Shown: piece after piece, positions 38,706 through 49,060 of the stretch
Position numbering within the stretch: the first letter of the stretch is position 1
How the letters are laid out: each line of letters opens with the position of its first letter
Source: Candidatus Woesearchaeota archaeon
GTDB taxonomy: Archaea; Nanobdellota; Nanobdellia; Woesearchaeales; UBA583
NCBI GenBank assembly: GCA_047602745.1
Contig: JBLKOJ010000004.1
Span: 5,183-69,182 of the forward strand
Reading direction: 5' to 3'
DNA: 64,000 nucleotides
Position numbers and translations under genes: made by a program
The notes under the pieces: model-generated
Seen by the model: the letters and a program-made list of their open reading frames with translations, nothing else
Told to the model about the DNA's origin: nothing
Databases searched by the model: none

Positions 38706-39306
38706 TATTAATTCATATTTGGTCAATTTATTAATTAAATTATAAATTTTGAGAGATTGATAGAAATGAATATTTTTAGAATTTATTTATTAAACTATTA
38801 TAAATTATAAATTTAGCAGTGATAACTACTCAGAAGTATTAGCTTTAAAATGATATGTTTTTTTCTAGGTCTTATTATTTATTTCTCTTATTCTTTTTAT
38901 TTTTAAAATTTACCTTTAAGTTTAAAACTTTCATATTTAAAAAAATTTTTAAATAAGCACTATTAATATTATTATAAGTGTTGTTGTAATTTTTTTCGTT
39001 TTATATTTTTTTTTATAAAATTTAGAGGTGAGTTTTATGAAAATTAAAAGTCAAATATGAGATCTTTAAAAAATATTCAGAAAATCTCCTTGAATGAATT
39101 CTACTTGAGAAAACTTATTTGGTATCAATAATTAACTAGGGGCAGTAAGATTGTTTTTTATTGATTTAACAATTATTAATGTATAATTTCAAAATTTTTA
39201 CTTATAAATTCTCTCTTCGTCATCAAGATATAATTTTGTTTTAAAAATTGTAGTACTAAAAATTTATAAAATATATTTTTTTGAGGTAAATATTGGTGGT
39301 AATACA

Positions 39307-39933
39307 ATGAAAAAATTATTTTTCTTAATTCTAAATTTATTTAGAAAACAAAAAGAATTCTCCTTGGGGTTATATGGACCTCCAAATGCGGGAAAATCGA
39401 CTCTTGCAAATACAATCATTAAAGATATTTTAGGAGAAGATGCAAAAATTACATTTTCAACTTCAGAAGTTGAGCACGAAACCAGAAGTGTTCAAAAAGT
39501 GGAAGAACTAACATTGGAAAGAGCTTCTAAAAAAATTAACTTTGCCCTTGTTGATACTCCAGGAATTGCAACTAAAATTGATTTTGAAGATTTTATAAAA
39601 AAAGGTATGAAAAAACAAGATGCTAAAGATAGAGCAAGAGAAGCTACTCAAGGCGTAATTGAAAGCATCAGATGGGTTGAAAAAGTTGATTGTGTTTTAG
39701 TTGTATTAGATGCAACTATAAATCCATACTCTCAAGTAAATATAACTCTTATAGGTAATTTAGTTGCAAAGGATAAAAAAATAATTATTGTAGCAAATAA
39801 AATTGATTTGAAAAATGCAAGTGTTGATAAAATTAAACTCGTATTTGCAGATTATCCTATAGTAGGTGTTAGTGCTAAAACAGGAGACAATTTAGAAGAA
39901 TTATATAGGGAGGTATTTAAGCAATTAAATTAA
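39307..39933 (+). CDS. Small GTP-binding protein (Era/EngB-like G domain only)
   Basis: G1 GPPNAGKST, G3 DTPGI, G4 NKID, G5 SAKTG, 208 aa. Confidence 0.7.
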   Translation: MKKLFFLILNLFRKQKEFSLGLYGPPNAGKSTLANTIIKDILGEDAKITFSTSEVEHETRSVQKVEELTLERASKKINFALVDTPGIATKIDFEDFIKKGMKKQDAKDRAREATQGVIESIRWVEKVDCVLVVLDATINPYSQVNITLIGNLVAKDKKIIIVANKIDLKNASVDKIKLVFADYPIVGVSAKTGDNLEELYREVFKQLN

Positions 39934-39938
39934 TTAAA

Positions 39939-40301
39939 ATGGATGTGAAAATTATTTCAAATTCGATTATCTCTTCTTTAGATTCAACTAAAAAAATTGA
40001 TAAAATCTATAAAATGGTTAAAGATGGGAGTTTAGTTATTTTAGAAGGAAGATTAACAAACGAGGAAGAACTCGCTCTTACATCTAAAAGTTTAAAACAT
40101 GTTAGTGAAACATTTAGTGGAATTGATATTGCTTTTTTAAATGTTAAACAAAACTCTTCATTTTTTGATAAACTTAGATTTAAGGTTGCAACGTTTTTAC
40201 TAAAATATGAAGTAGGGATTACTGTGATTGGGCCTTCTAAAAAAGTAAAAGAATTAAAAATGAATCCTGAGCAAATAGAAATCTTACTCTTCAGTCAATA
40301 A
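39939..40301 (+). CDS. Small conserved-looking partner of the GTPase (possibly DUF2073-like)
   Basis: Starts 6 nt after the GTPase stop, 120 aa. Family name is from memory only. Confidence 0.3.
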   Translation: MDVKIISNSIISSLDSTKKIDKIYKMVKDGSLVILEGRLTNEEELALTSKSLKHVSETFSGIDIAFLNVKQNSSFFDKLRFKVATFLLKYEVGITVIGPSKKVKELKMNPEQIEILLFSQ

Positions 40302-40421
40302 ATTTTTAAAAAATATTTTCAAATTTTATCTAACAATGAGATCTGAATAATATTTATTAGATTAGTTTAATTAAATTAAATGAGTATATTTAAAAATTCA
40401 AACTTCTTAGTTTAACATAAA

Positions 40422-41150
40422 GTGGTTCTAAAAAATAAGACTAAAAAAAACCAAGGTAATGATGAAGAGAAATCTACTTCTAAGATTCCTCAAAAAGTGT
40501 CAAAAGAAAATAAAATTATTAAAGCCAAAGATAAAAATGAAGAAGAAAAAGAGGGAATTAGGGAGTATTTAATTATATTTGGGGGTGCTTTATTATTTTT
40601 TATAATTATTTACTTTGCATTTGAATATTTTGATGATAGAGAGCAGAAGACTTCTTTTAGTATTTATAATGAGATGGGTATTTTAGATAAAGGATTTATT
40701 TATCAAACCAGAACTTTTGGTGGTGCTCAAGCAAATGTTGAGTTTGCACTTGATAGAAAAACTTTAGAGGAATTTAATTTTAGGCAAGATGTAACTAATG
40801 ATTGGTTCAAATTAAATACTAATATTAGAATTGCAACTCCTGATATTTTAGAAAATAGGACTGAGAATGCATTACTTATCAAAACTAGCGGCAAGTTTGC
40901 TTCTTTTTTAACCCACATCCAAGGAATTAGACTTAATGAATTTAGTTTTTTCACAATAAATAATTTAACCAGTTGTAAGCAGTCAAGTGAGAATAACTCA
41001 TTAATTATTTATAATTATATAGCTGGCGAAATTGGAGTTATAATTCCTGAGGAATTCCCTCACTGTGTATTAATTAATGCTAATTTTACGGCTGTTGATT
41101 TTACAAAAGCAGTAGATAAAATAATGTTTGATACAATTATTAGTGGTTAA
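40422..41150 (+). CDS. Membrane-anchored hypothetical protein
   Basis: Lys/Glu-rich N-tail, one TM LIIFGGALLFFIIIYFAF, ~170-aa ectodomain. Confidence 0.4.
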   Translation: MVLKNKTKKNQGNDEEKSTSKIPQKVSKENKIIKAKDKNEEEKEGIREYLIIFGGALLFFIIIYFAFEYFDDREQKTSFSIYNEMGILDKGFIYQTRTFGGAQANVEFALDRKTLEEFNFRQDVTNDWFKLNTNIRIATPDILENRTENALLIKTSGKFASFLTHIQGIRLNEFSFFTINNLTSCKQSSENNSLIIYNYIAGEIGVIIPEEFPHCVLINANFTAVDFTKAVDKIMFDTIISG

Positions 41151-41243
41151 TATAATTTTATGAGAATATATTTTTAGAAATTTTATTTTATCTCCTTTGA
41201 AATAGTTATATAATATTTTATAATTGTTTAATTAGATTAAACT

Positions 41244-43157
41244 ATGGACATTAGATACAAAATTGCAAAGCAGATTGTTTCTTTTACACAAAAAGAATAT
41301 GATGATTTATTCTCTTATGTACTTACTAATCAAAAAGGAGATTGCATTATACAATCTCTAGAAGATTCAAAATGCAAATCGTTTGGATTTTTTAAAAGAG
41401 ATAATGAAAAACACACATTAATTAAAATCATTGACTGGTTTGGAACAAAGCAATTCACAACCAAAAATATAGAGATTCAAGAATATTCAATTACTAAAGA
41501 ATTTTCTTCACCATATTATGAGAATGAAGATAGTGTTATTGGATTTGAAAAAATTACAATCTCTCCTAATGGGGGATTTATTTTTGAGACAAATGTTGAT
41601 TCTAATATAATTGTAGATTTAGATATTCGATATTTTTCTGACTTTTCTAAATTTGGAAAAGAATATAAAATATATCAGGAGGAGGGAATTTTATTTATTG
41701 AATTTATTAAAAAGAATGAAAATTCAAATGAAGAAGATTTAAAAGTTTATATTGGAATTAAGACTCAAAACCTAATTTTTAAAGAAATTCAACAGTGGAT
41801 TGAAAAAGAGTATTCATATGATGCTTTAAGAGGAATAGACTCAAAAGAATTTATATTTAGAGCACTTGAAATTGAAATTCAAAATGTTCATAAAAAAATT
41901 CATATAGGATATTCAACAACAAAAGAGGAAGTTTATGAACAACTTATCATAATGGATAATTTTGAACATATTATTGAAGAAGTTGAAAGAGGAATTGATG
42001 AAGAGAGTTTTGGAAAGACAATTTCTCAGACACCTCTTAGTATGCAAACTCAATTAGGTTATGATATTGCCAAAAGAAAAATTTTTGATTTTTTAGTTAG
42101 AGATTCAAAGTTAAATGCTCCTTCAATTATTGCGGGGTACCCTTGGTTTTATCAAGAATGGAGTAGGGATGAAGTTTTTTCCTTACGTGGATTCTTAGAG
42201 GTTGGAGAAACTAAACTAGTCCATAACAAATTAATTGAGTTTTGTAATTTAATAAATGAAAAAGGTGATTTTCCCAGATTACTTCATCAAAAAGGGTCAT
42301 TAAATAGTATTGATGCTCCTCTCCTACTTGCTAAAAGAATTGAAGATTATATTTTTTATGTCGATAAAAAAGAAGGACTTGTAGATCTCCTTCAAGATGG
42401 TACTATTGAATTGTTTTATCAAAGTCTACTTAAAATATTTAATGGAGTTATGAAACACAGATGGAACTCTGAAAAAGAACTTCTTGAAATTGAAAAAGGA
42501 GATTGGTGGAGAGATACTATTGATTGGGTTAAATCACCTCTTGCACTTCAAGTGTCTATGTTAAATACTATCTCAACATTAGCGATTTTATCTAAAATAC
42601 TTGAATACACAACTAAATGTGAAGAATTTTTAGATTTTGAAAATGATTTTAAACTTCATATTAAAGAACTTTATTTCAAGAATAATATATTAGTTGATGA
42701 ACCCGATACACTAACTATTACTTGTGATGTGTTTTTAGCCTACTATCATTATCCAAGTCTATGTTCTCAAGAGGAATGGAAAATTATTTTTAGAAAAACC
42801 CTCTCACATCTATACTTGAGCTGGGGAGGAATTTCATCTCTTTCAAAACATGACTCTAGATTCCAACAAAACTACACTGGTGGAAATGATATTAGCTATC
42901 ACCAAGGAGATTCTTGGTATTTTATGAATGCAATTTGTACAATGTGTTTGTACCATTGTGACAAAGATGAATTTAAACAAGAAATTACTACAATTTCAAG
43001 TTCTCTAACTAAACAGCTATTATTTAAAGGAGCGTTTGGACATATTGCAGAAGTAAGTTCAGCAAGTAAACAAGAAACTAGAGGATGTATAGCTCAAACT
43101 TGGTCACTAGCGTTATATATAGAAATGATGCATTTAATTTATGGAATTGAAAAATAA
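41244..43157 (+). CDS. Glycogen debranching enzyme, archaeal type (amylo-alpha-1,6-glucosidase, GDE_C)
   Basis: IAGYPWFYQEWSRDEVFSLRGFL and SYHQGDSWYFMN blocks, 637 aa. Confidence 0.75.
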   Translation: MDIRYKIAKQIVSFTQKEYDDLFSYVLTNQKGDCIIQSLEDSKCKSFGFFKRDNEKHTLIKIIDWFGTKQFTTKNIEIQEYSITKEFSSPYYENEDSVIGFEKITISPNGGFIFETNVDSNIIVDLDIRYFSDFSKFGKEYKIYQEEGILFIEFIKKNENSNEEDLKVYIGIKTQNLIFKEIQQWIEKEYSYDALRGIDSKEFIFRALEIEIQNVHKKIHIGYSTTKEEVYEQLIIMDNFEHIIEEVERGIDEESFGKTISQTPLSMQTQLGYDIAKRKIFDFLVRDSKLNAPSIIAGYPWFYQEWSRDEVFSLRGFLEVGETKLVHNKLIEFCNLINEKGDFPRLLHQKGSLNSIDAPLLLAKRIEDYIFYVDKKEGLVDLLQDGTIELFYQSLLKIFNGVMKHRWNSEKELLEIEKGDWWRDTIDWVKSPLALQVSMLNTISTLAILSKILEYTTKCEEFLDFENDFKLHIKELYFKNNILVDEPDTLTITCDVFLAYYHYPSLCSQEEWKIIFRKTLSHLYLSWGGISSLSKHDSRFQQNYTGGNDISYHQGDSWYFMNAICTMCLYHCDKDEFKQEITTISSSLTKQLLFKGAFGHIAEVSSASKQETRGCIAQTWSLALYIEMMHLIYGIEK

Positions 43158-43245
43158 AAGATTGCTATATACAACTTACTTTTTTTACAATAGTCTCTAA
43201 TTAGGAGTTAATAAAATATTAATAATTTATTTTCAAATTAAACAT

Positions 43246-43713
43246 ATGGAAGAATATTTCGTTGAGGAAAAAACAATGTATGATAGAATATTAGACTTTC
43301 TGGTATTTCTTTCAGTGTTTATGGTGACGATATTTCTAATTTTAGAAATATTTCAAATTGTAGATGGCCTTACGCAAGTCTATTTATGGTTTAGTGGGGT
43401 TGTTCTAGTAATCTTCTCTTTAGATTTAATTAGAATTAAACAAAGACATGATACTTGGAAAGAATTTTTCCATGATGCATGGTTAGACATTTTAGCTACA
43501 ATCCCTTTTGAGTTAATTGCTTTGGCCTTTGCAAATATAGACCCTAGAACAGCAAGTCAATTAGCAATATTGAAATGGTTTAGAGTTACAAGATTAAGTA
43601 GAACAGGACAATTACAAAAAGTTACTAGAACTTCTAAAGTTACAAGACAGTTTAAAGCAGCTGCTCATATGAAAGATGAAACTGAGAATTATAAAGAAAA
43701 AAACAGAGTTTAA
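43246..43713 (+). CDS. Voltage-sensor-domain-only protein (Ion_trans S1-S4 without pore)
   Basis: Three hydrophobic helices plus S4-like WFRVTRLSRTGQLQKVTRTSKVTR (Arg every third residue), S3-like DILATIPFELI. Stops after S4. Confidence 0.5.
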   Translation: MEEYFVEEKTMYDRILDFLVFLSVFMVTIFLILEIFQIVDGLTQVYLWFSGVVLVIFSLDLIRIKQRHDTWKEFFHDAWLDILATIPFELIALAFANIDPRTASQLAILKWFRVTRLSRTGQLQKVTRTSKVTRQFKAAAHMKDETENYKEKNRV

Positions 43714-43792
43714 TAAAACTCGAATTTTTTGAATTAGTTACAAATATAACTTATTCTAGTTGTATATTCTAATTAAAAAACTAAATAATAAT

Positions 43793-45748
43793 TTATTTTC
43801 TCTTAAACATTTTCTCAAAATCTTTAAAAGAATATTCAATAATAATTGGTCTTCCATGTGGACAATTGAAAGGTTCTTCTAATCGCTTTAATTTTGCAAT
43901 TAGTTCATGCATTTGTGAGATAGTAAGTTCATCTCCTGCCCTAATTGAGGACTTACAGGAGAGAATTGCTAAATGTTCTATAATATGAGAGTGTATGTAG
44001 TCTTTAGAATTTTTAATGAATTCAAAAGTTGATGAAAGTGTAAATTGTTCTAATAAGCTTTTGATAATACTTATTTCAAGGCATTTTCCTTTCAAATCAA
44101 ATGGAAGGGCTCTTACAATGAGTTCTTTTTCTTTTAATATTTCAATATCAAAACCTAACATTTCTAAAATATCTTGAATTTCGCTAAATATCAGCTCTTC
44201 TTCTTTAGATATTTGCAATAATAAAGGTTTTAATAATTGCTGATTTTGGGTTGAACGGAACTCCTCATTTGTGTAATATTGTTTAAACAGTTCAAAATAA
44301 AATTTCTCTTCTACTACGTGTTGGTCTATAATAAGTAGCCCTTGTTTAACTTCAACTAAAATAAAGGTTTTATGTAGTTGACCTAGAATTCGGTATTGGT
44401 CGAAATATTCTTGAAGTGGACTATGGGGGATTTCTTTTAAATTTGTGATTTCTTTTAATGATATAAGAGGAGTTTTAACTGTTGTAGAGGGTATTTTTTC
44501 TTGTTTAGAATTTAAAATGTTCTCATGTGGATAAGAAGATTGCCTATATTCTTCTTGTAATTTACCTTTTTGAGAAGAAAATTCTTTTTGAAAATCTTTT
44601 GAGAAATAAGATTTTTCCTGACATGAGTCTTTTTGATAGCTTTTATTTTGAGTATTACTATTTTGATTATCAAAAGAATTTATAGTAGAGTTTATACTGT
44701 TAAGTTGGGAATTCTTAAAAGTATCGATTTTCTGATTTTCAGGAATTTTTCCTTTTTTAGTTAGTATATAAGATTGAAACATTTTTTGAATTCCTTTACT
44801 AATTTGTTCAAATACAACTGCTTCTTGCTCAAATTTAATTTCTTGCTTTGAAGGGTGAATATTTACATCTATAAGCTCGGGGTCTATAATGATATTTAAT
44901 ACATACATTGGAAATCTTCCTAAATGAATATTTGTTCCAATTCCTTGAAATACGGCTTTATGAATTAATTGTGACTCAATGGGTCTTGAATTTACATACA
45001 CGTATTCATGAACTCTAGTTGAATAATTTATATCGTTTGGATTTACCATAAAACCTGAAATAATAAAAAAAGAAGAACTAATTTCGATAGGAAATAATTC
45101 AATACTTGAATTTATATCTAATACCTCTTTTGAATTTTCAATAAGATTTTTATGAGGAGTTTTTTTGAATATATTTTTAGAATTATTGTATAAAGAGATT
45201 TGTAAATAAGGTTGTATTAAACTTATCTGCTTTATAATTTTTATAATTTCTTTGAGCTCATATTGAGGATTTTTAAGATATTTTTTTCGAGCAGGAACAT
45301 TGTAAAATAATTCCTCAATAATAATTGTAGTTCCATTATTATGGGCTACTTTTCTAATATCTAATTGAGGAGTTGAAATTTGATATGCATATTCCTGCGT
45401 TTTTGGTTTAGACTGAAGTGTTACTTTTGCAACTGAAAATATAGAAGCTAATGCTTCTCCTCTAAATCCCATTGTTGAAATATTGTATAGGTCATCAAAT
45501 GAGGAGATTTTTGAAGTTGCATGTCTTTTTGGTGCTAAATGCAAATCTTCTTTTAAAATTCCAATTCCATTATCTTTTACAACTATTTTTTCAATACCAC
45601 TTTGAATAAGTTCAATTTCAATATTTGTTGCATGAGCATCAAGTGCATTTTCTACAAGTTCTTTGATTAACGAAGCAGGGTTCTGAATTACTTCTCCAGC
45701 AGCTATTTGGTTACAAAGTTCTTGAGATAATTTTTTAATTCTATTCAT
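43793..45748 (-). CDS. mutL: DNA mismatch repair protein MutL
   Basis: GHKL ATPase blocks IAAGEVI, ELVENALDA, VKDNGIGI, GFRGEAL. C-terminal dimerisation/endonuclease region, 651 aa. Confidence 0.93.
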   Translation of the reverse strand: MNRIKKLSQELCNQIAAGEVIQNPASLIKELVENALDAHATNIEIELIQSGIEKIVVKDNGIGILKEDLHLAPKRHATSKISSFDDLYNISTMGFRGEALASIFSVAKVTLQSKPKTQEYAYQISTPQLDIRKVAHNNGTTIIIEELFYNVPARKKYLKNPQYELKEIIKIIKQISLIQPYLQISLYNNSKNIFKKTPHKNLIENSKEVLDINSSIELFPIEISSSFFIISGFMVNPNDINYSTRVHEYVYVNSRPIESQLIHKAVFQGIGTNIHLGRFPMYVLNIIIDPELIDVNIHPSKQEIKFEQEAVVFEQISKGIQKMFQSYILTKKGKIPENQKIDTFKNSQLNSINSTINSFDNQNSNTQNKSYQKDSCQEKSYFSKDFQKEFSSQKGKLQEEYRQSSYPHENILNSKQEKIPSTTVKTPLISLKEITNLKEIPHSPLQEYFDQYRILGQLHKTFILVEVKQGLLIIDQHVVEEKFYFELFKQYYTNEEFRSTQNQQLLKPLLLQISKEEELIFSEIQDILEMLGFDIEILKEKELIVRALPFDLKGKCLEISIIKSLLEQFTLSSTFEFIKNSKDYIHSHIIEHLAILSCKSSIRAGDELTISQMHELIAKLKRLEEPFNCPHGRPIIIEYSFKDFEKMFKRK

Positions 45749-45894
45749 ATTATAATAATATGATTATTCTTTTTTAATATTTTTTAAAAAATTACAATTT
45801 AAATAAAACATATTAATTTAATTATGGAATTCTTTTCATATGGAATCTATTTAATTTCCAATCGGGTTTACTTTTTACTTCTGAGATGAAAAGC

Positions 45895-45902
45895 TTTAAA
45901 TA
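45895..45902 (+). promoter_or_regulatory. TATA-like box (TTTAAATA) for the 45925 start
   Basis: Centre 26-27 nt upstream of ATG 45925. Confidence 0.35.
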
Positions 45903-45924
45903 TATACTTCCACTAAATATATCT

Positions 45925-46290
45925 ATGAGCTCAGAAAATGTCGAACTTCCAATTATTACATTTAATTCTTTGTATAATATTTTAAGAGAAGAGGAGAAAA
46001 CAGCCACACTTAATATTCTTCCCAATCATTTTTTTAAAGCAGTAGAATTATTTTTACAAGAGAAAAAAATTGAGTCTTCAAAAACACAATCAACAATAAA
46101 GCAAAAAAATATGTATTATAATTCTATTAAAATGTATCAAAAACTTTTAAAAGTAAGAGGGAAAAAAATAGCTATATTAGCAATTGATACTCTTAATTCT
46201 ATTCAAAGAGAAGAAGAATTAGAAGAGAATGAAGTCGAACTTAAAAAAAAAGTAATAGATTTATTTAAAAAAACATACAATTATAAATAA
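45925..46290 (+). CDS. GINS-like replication protein (alpha-helical A-domain only)
   Basis: ITFNSLYNILREEEKTATLNILPNHFFKAVELFLQEK resembles the archaeal Gins N-terminal pattern. The ORF-track start 45886 precedes the TATA-like box. Confidence 0.4.
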   Translation: MSSENVELPIITFNSLYNILREEEKTATLNILPNHFFKAVELFLQEKKIESSKTQSTIKQKNMYYNSIKMYQKLLKVRGKKIAILAIDTLNSIQREEELEENEVELKKKVIDLFKKTYNYK

Positions 46291-46326
46291 TTTAAATCTT
46301 AATTAATACAGTAACATAAATTTAAA

Positions 46327-47385
46327 ATGTCATTACAACGTTATACTAAAAATGCTGAAAAAAATTTTATTTTAGCTCTTACTGCTTTATTTTTATTTTT
46401 AACTTTTTTAGTAATTGCAGACATATTACAAGTATTAATTTTAAGTATCATCTTAGCATATTTTTTATATCCTCTTTATATTGGATTTCTTGCAAGATTT
46501 TCTTCAAAAAGTGCAAGTTCGATACTTACTCTTACGTGCGCAACATTAGGATTTTTCTTACCTTTGATGTTTTTATTTTATTTTATTATTTTAAGAATGG
46601 GGTTATTAGTATTAGATTATAGAGAATATGTGGAGAATCCTGAGTTATTAAATGAATTTTTAGTAACTGCTCTTTTTCAAATTACAAATTCAAAAATATT
46701 TGAATCTTTTGATATTTCAGGACTAGTAATTTCTTTGGTTCAATTTATAGGGAATTGGGTTCAAGGACTTATTGAGTCAATTCCATTAATTTTATTGAAT
46801 TTTTTTATTATTCTTTTTGTAACATATTATTTACTTATTTACTCAAAAGAAATTTTTGAGTCATTAAATGACTATCTGCCTCTAACACGAAGAAAACAAG
46901 ATGAGATTTTTAGAAATATTTCGAAAAATATTCAGGTATTATTTAGAGGGTATTTTTTAACTGGACTTATTCAAACTGCTGTGGCAGCTATTGGGTATAT
47001 TGTATTAGATTTGATTTACGGATTTCCAAATTTACTCATTATTATTTTTTTAACCTTAATTGTAAGTTTAGTGCCATATTTAGGAACACCAATGATTTGG
47101 GTTCCTATGAGCATATATTATTTTATAATAGATCTCCCCGAGGCTGGAACTTTATTATTTATTTATGGACTCACAGTGATTTCATTAATTGACAATTTTA
47201 TAAGACCAATTTTAATGAGTCATAAAGAGACCACCCCTCCGCCTTTGGTATTTGTAGGATTTGTAGGAGGAATTTTTGCATTTGGAATTATTGGACTTAT
47301 TATTGGACCTATTATTATTTCCATTTCAATGGTACTATTAAAATTCATTAGAGAAGAATATACGGTGTTGGATGAGAGTAAATAA
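46327..47385 (+). CDS. AI-2E family transporter (PerM/UPF0118)
   Basis: ~8 TM. LVPYLGTPMIWVPMSIYYFI and LIDNFIRPILMS family blocks. Confidence 0.7.
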   Translation: MSLQRYTKNAEKNFILALTALFLFLTFLVIADILQVLILSIILAYFLYPLYIGFLARFSSKSASSILTLTCATLGFFLPLMFLFYFIILRMGLLVLDYREYVENPELLNEFLVTALFQITNSKIFESFDISGLVISLVQFIGNWVQGLIESIPLILLNFFIILFVTYYLLIYSKEIFESLNDYLPLTRRKQDEIFRNISKNIQVLFRGYFLTGLIQTAVAAIGYIVLDLIYGFPNLLIIIFLTLIVSLVPYLGTPMIWVPMSIYYFIIDLPEAGTLLFIYGLTVISLIDNFIRPILMSHKETTPPPLVFVGFVGGIFAFGIIGLIIGPIIISISMVLLKFIREEYTVLDESK

Positions 47386-47432
47386 AAAATTCAATTAAAT
47401 GAAGAACTTAGAGAAAAAATTAAAACAATACT

Positions 47433-47798
47433 ATGATTAAAATTCCTGAAATTAACGAGATTTTGTATAATAAATTTATCTTAAACATCTCCTTAAATAA
47501 GTCAATTTTGAATTTTTGGACAAAACCCAAAAAGAAAAACATTTATAGAAAAACTAATTTATTTATATTCATACTTAGGGATATGGGTTCATTAAGAATT
47601 TTCTATTGGGGTGGGACTCTTGGATTTTTTCTTGCTTTAATTTCGGTAATTGGTTTAATTCTATTGCCTATTGTCGTTATTTTATATTGGTTATTTGATA
47701 AAAACAAACCAAAAACACAAAATTATCAAATAAATAAAATTTATTATTTTATCTGGAAATATTATTTTATTCATAAATATTTTCTTTCTTATATTTAG
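47433..47798 (+). CDS. Hypothetical small membrane protein (start uncertain)
   Basis: ORF only. One or two hydrophobic helices (GGTLGFFLALISVIGLILLPIVVILYWLF). Confidence 0.3.
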   Translation: MIKIPEINEILYNKFILNISLNKSILNFWTKPKKKNIYRKTNLFIFILRDMGSLRIFYWGGTLGFFLALISVIGLILLPIVVILYWLFDKNKPKTQNYQINKIYYFIWKYYFIHKYFLSYI

Positions 47799-47831
47799 GT
47801 TTTTAATAATTAATAGATTATAAAGTAAGTT

Positions 47832-48386
47832 TTATTGGTATTTCATTATACATCTAGTACAAATATATACTTCTCTTCCTTTATATGTTCCTTTTAAAAG
47901 TGGGAGTTTATCTTCTGTAATAGAGCAATTAAAACAAATTTTAATATCGTTTCCTTTTTTATTTGAAGTAGGTTTAAATGTTTCTTGTAATTGCAGATTT
48001 TCGTGTTGTTTCATACTCTCTTTTACGTGATCTGGAGCAGTATCGCTATCATGTACAATAAATCCCATCTCCTCTCGTACTTCCATTGAAACTTTATCGG
48101 GAGTCCATCTAGGTTCAAATGTTAATTCTACATCACACTCATCAATCTCCTCCACATTAGTTGCAGCTTCTTCTACCATTGCTTGAATATACTCAGCAGT
48201 GGGACATGTAGGAGAAGTTAAAGTCATTAAAATGTGACATGAATTAAGTGAAGTTAATGAAATTTTGTAAATTAATCCTAAATCATAAATATTAATAGGA
48301 ATTTCTGGGTCATACACTTCTTCAAGTTGAGAAATAATTTTCTCTTGCACTCTTTTTTCGTATTCTTTTGAAATTTCTTCACTCAT
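47832..48386 (-). CDS. DUF59 (SufT/MIP18-like Fe-S assembly) protein with C-terminal zinc ribbon
   Basis: VYDPEIPINIYDLGLIY and TLTSPTCPTAEYI. C-terminal CFNC...CTRC. Confidence 0.7.
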   Translation of the reverse strand: MSEEISKEYEKRVQEKIISQLEEVYDPEIPINIYDLGLIYKISLTSLNSCHILMTLTSPTCPTAEYIQAMVEEAATNVEEIDECDVELTFEPRWTPDKVSMEVREEMGFIVHDSDTAPDHVKESMKQHENLQLQETFKPTSNKKGNDIKICFNCSITEDKLPLLKGTYKGREVYICTRCIMKYQ

Positions 48387-48455
48387 ACATATGTTATGAT
48401 GAGTATTTTTTTAAATCTTGGTACTTATAATATTATTAACTATTAGAACTTCAAT

Positions 48456-49013
48456 TTAACATTGAAATCTAAAATCAATTGTTCTTCCATCTTGAATTAC
48501 ACATCTATTTCTTGGACTTGTAAGAGTTGCTCCTTCTCTTAGGGGGATTATATCATAAATCATAAATTCATTAGCAAGAGAGATATTCTCTTGAGTGATA
48601 CTTAGATATTCAAAATTTCTAGGTCCATTAAATAAAATAATACTATTCTCTTCTACTCCTAAATTATTAAGTAAGTTTGCTAGATTTGGGTCTATCAAAG
48701 TATTGTCATATTTGTAAATATAACAGAGTTGTGTTATCTGAGGAATTGAAATTGAAACGGTCTCAAGTCTTCCTCGTTGAGATTGTTCTAAGCATATTGA
48801 AGTTCTTTGTTCAAGAGATATTCTTAATTCATCAAGTTCTCTATCATTAATTTCTTGACTTGCCCCAATTACTGCATTATATCCATATACTAAAATCCAA
48901 ATAAACAAAACGAGCATTAATATGGCAAAAAGTGCTTGAGAAGTAAATTGTGATTTTTTAGACCTATTGAATTGTAATTTGTTCAAACATAGATGTATTT
49001 GTTGTTTTTTCAT
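48456..49013 (-). CDS. Membrane-anchored hypothetical, possible class III signal peptide protein
   Basis: RSKKSQFTSQALFAILMLVLFIWILVYGY N-terminus, 185 aa. Confidence 0.35.
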   Translation of the reverse strand: MKKQQIHLCLNKLQFNRSKKSQFTSQALFAILMLVLFIWILVYGYNAVIGASQEINDRELDELRISLEQRTSICLEQSQRGRLETVSISIPQITQLCYIYKYDNTLIDPNLANLLNNLGVEENSIILFNGPRNFEYLSITQENISLANEFMIYDIIPLREGATLTSPRNRCVIQDGRTIDFRFQC

Positions 49014-49060
49014 ATATATATTTCAACTCCTCTATTTAAGAATAATCTTGTTGAGAAATA

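Noticed and set aside
38706-39306. 600-bp gene-free AT-rich spacer as a replication origin or ncRNA gene
   Set aside because: It contains only low-complexity tataaat-type repeats. I saw no ORB-like inverted repeats, no orc1/cdc6 neighbour, and no G+C-rich stems suggesting a structured RNA. It cannot be supported from sequence alone.
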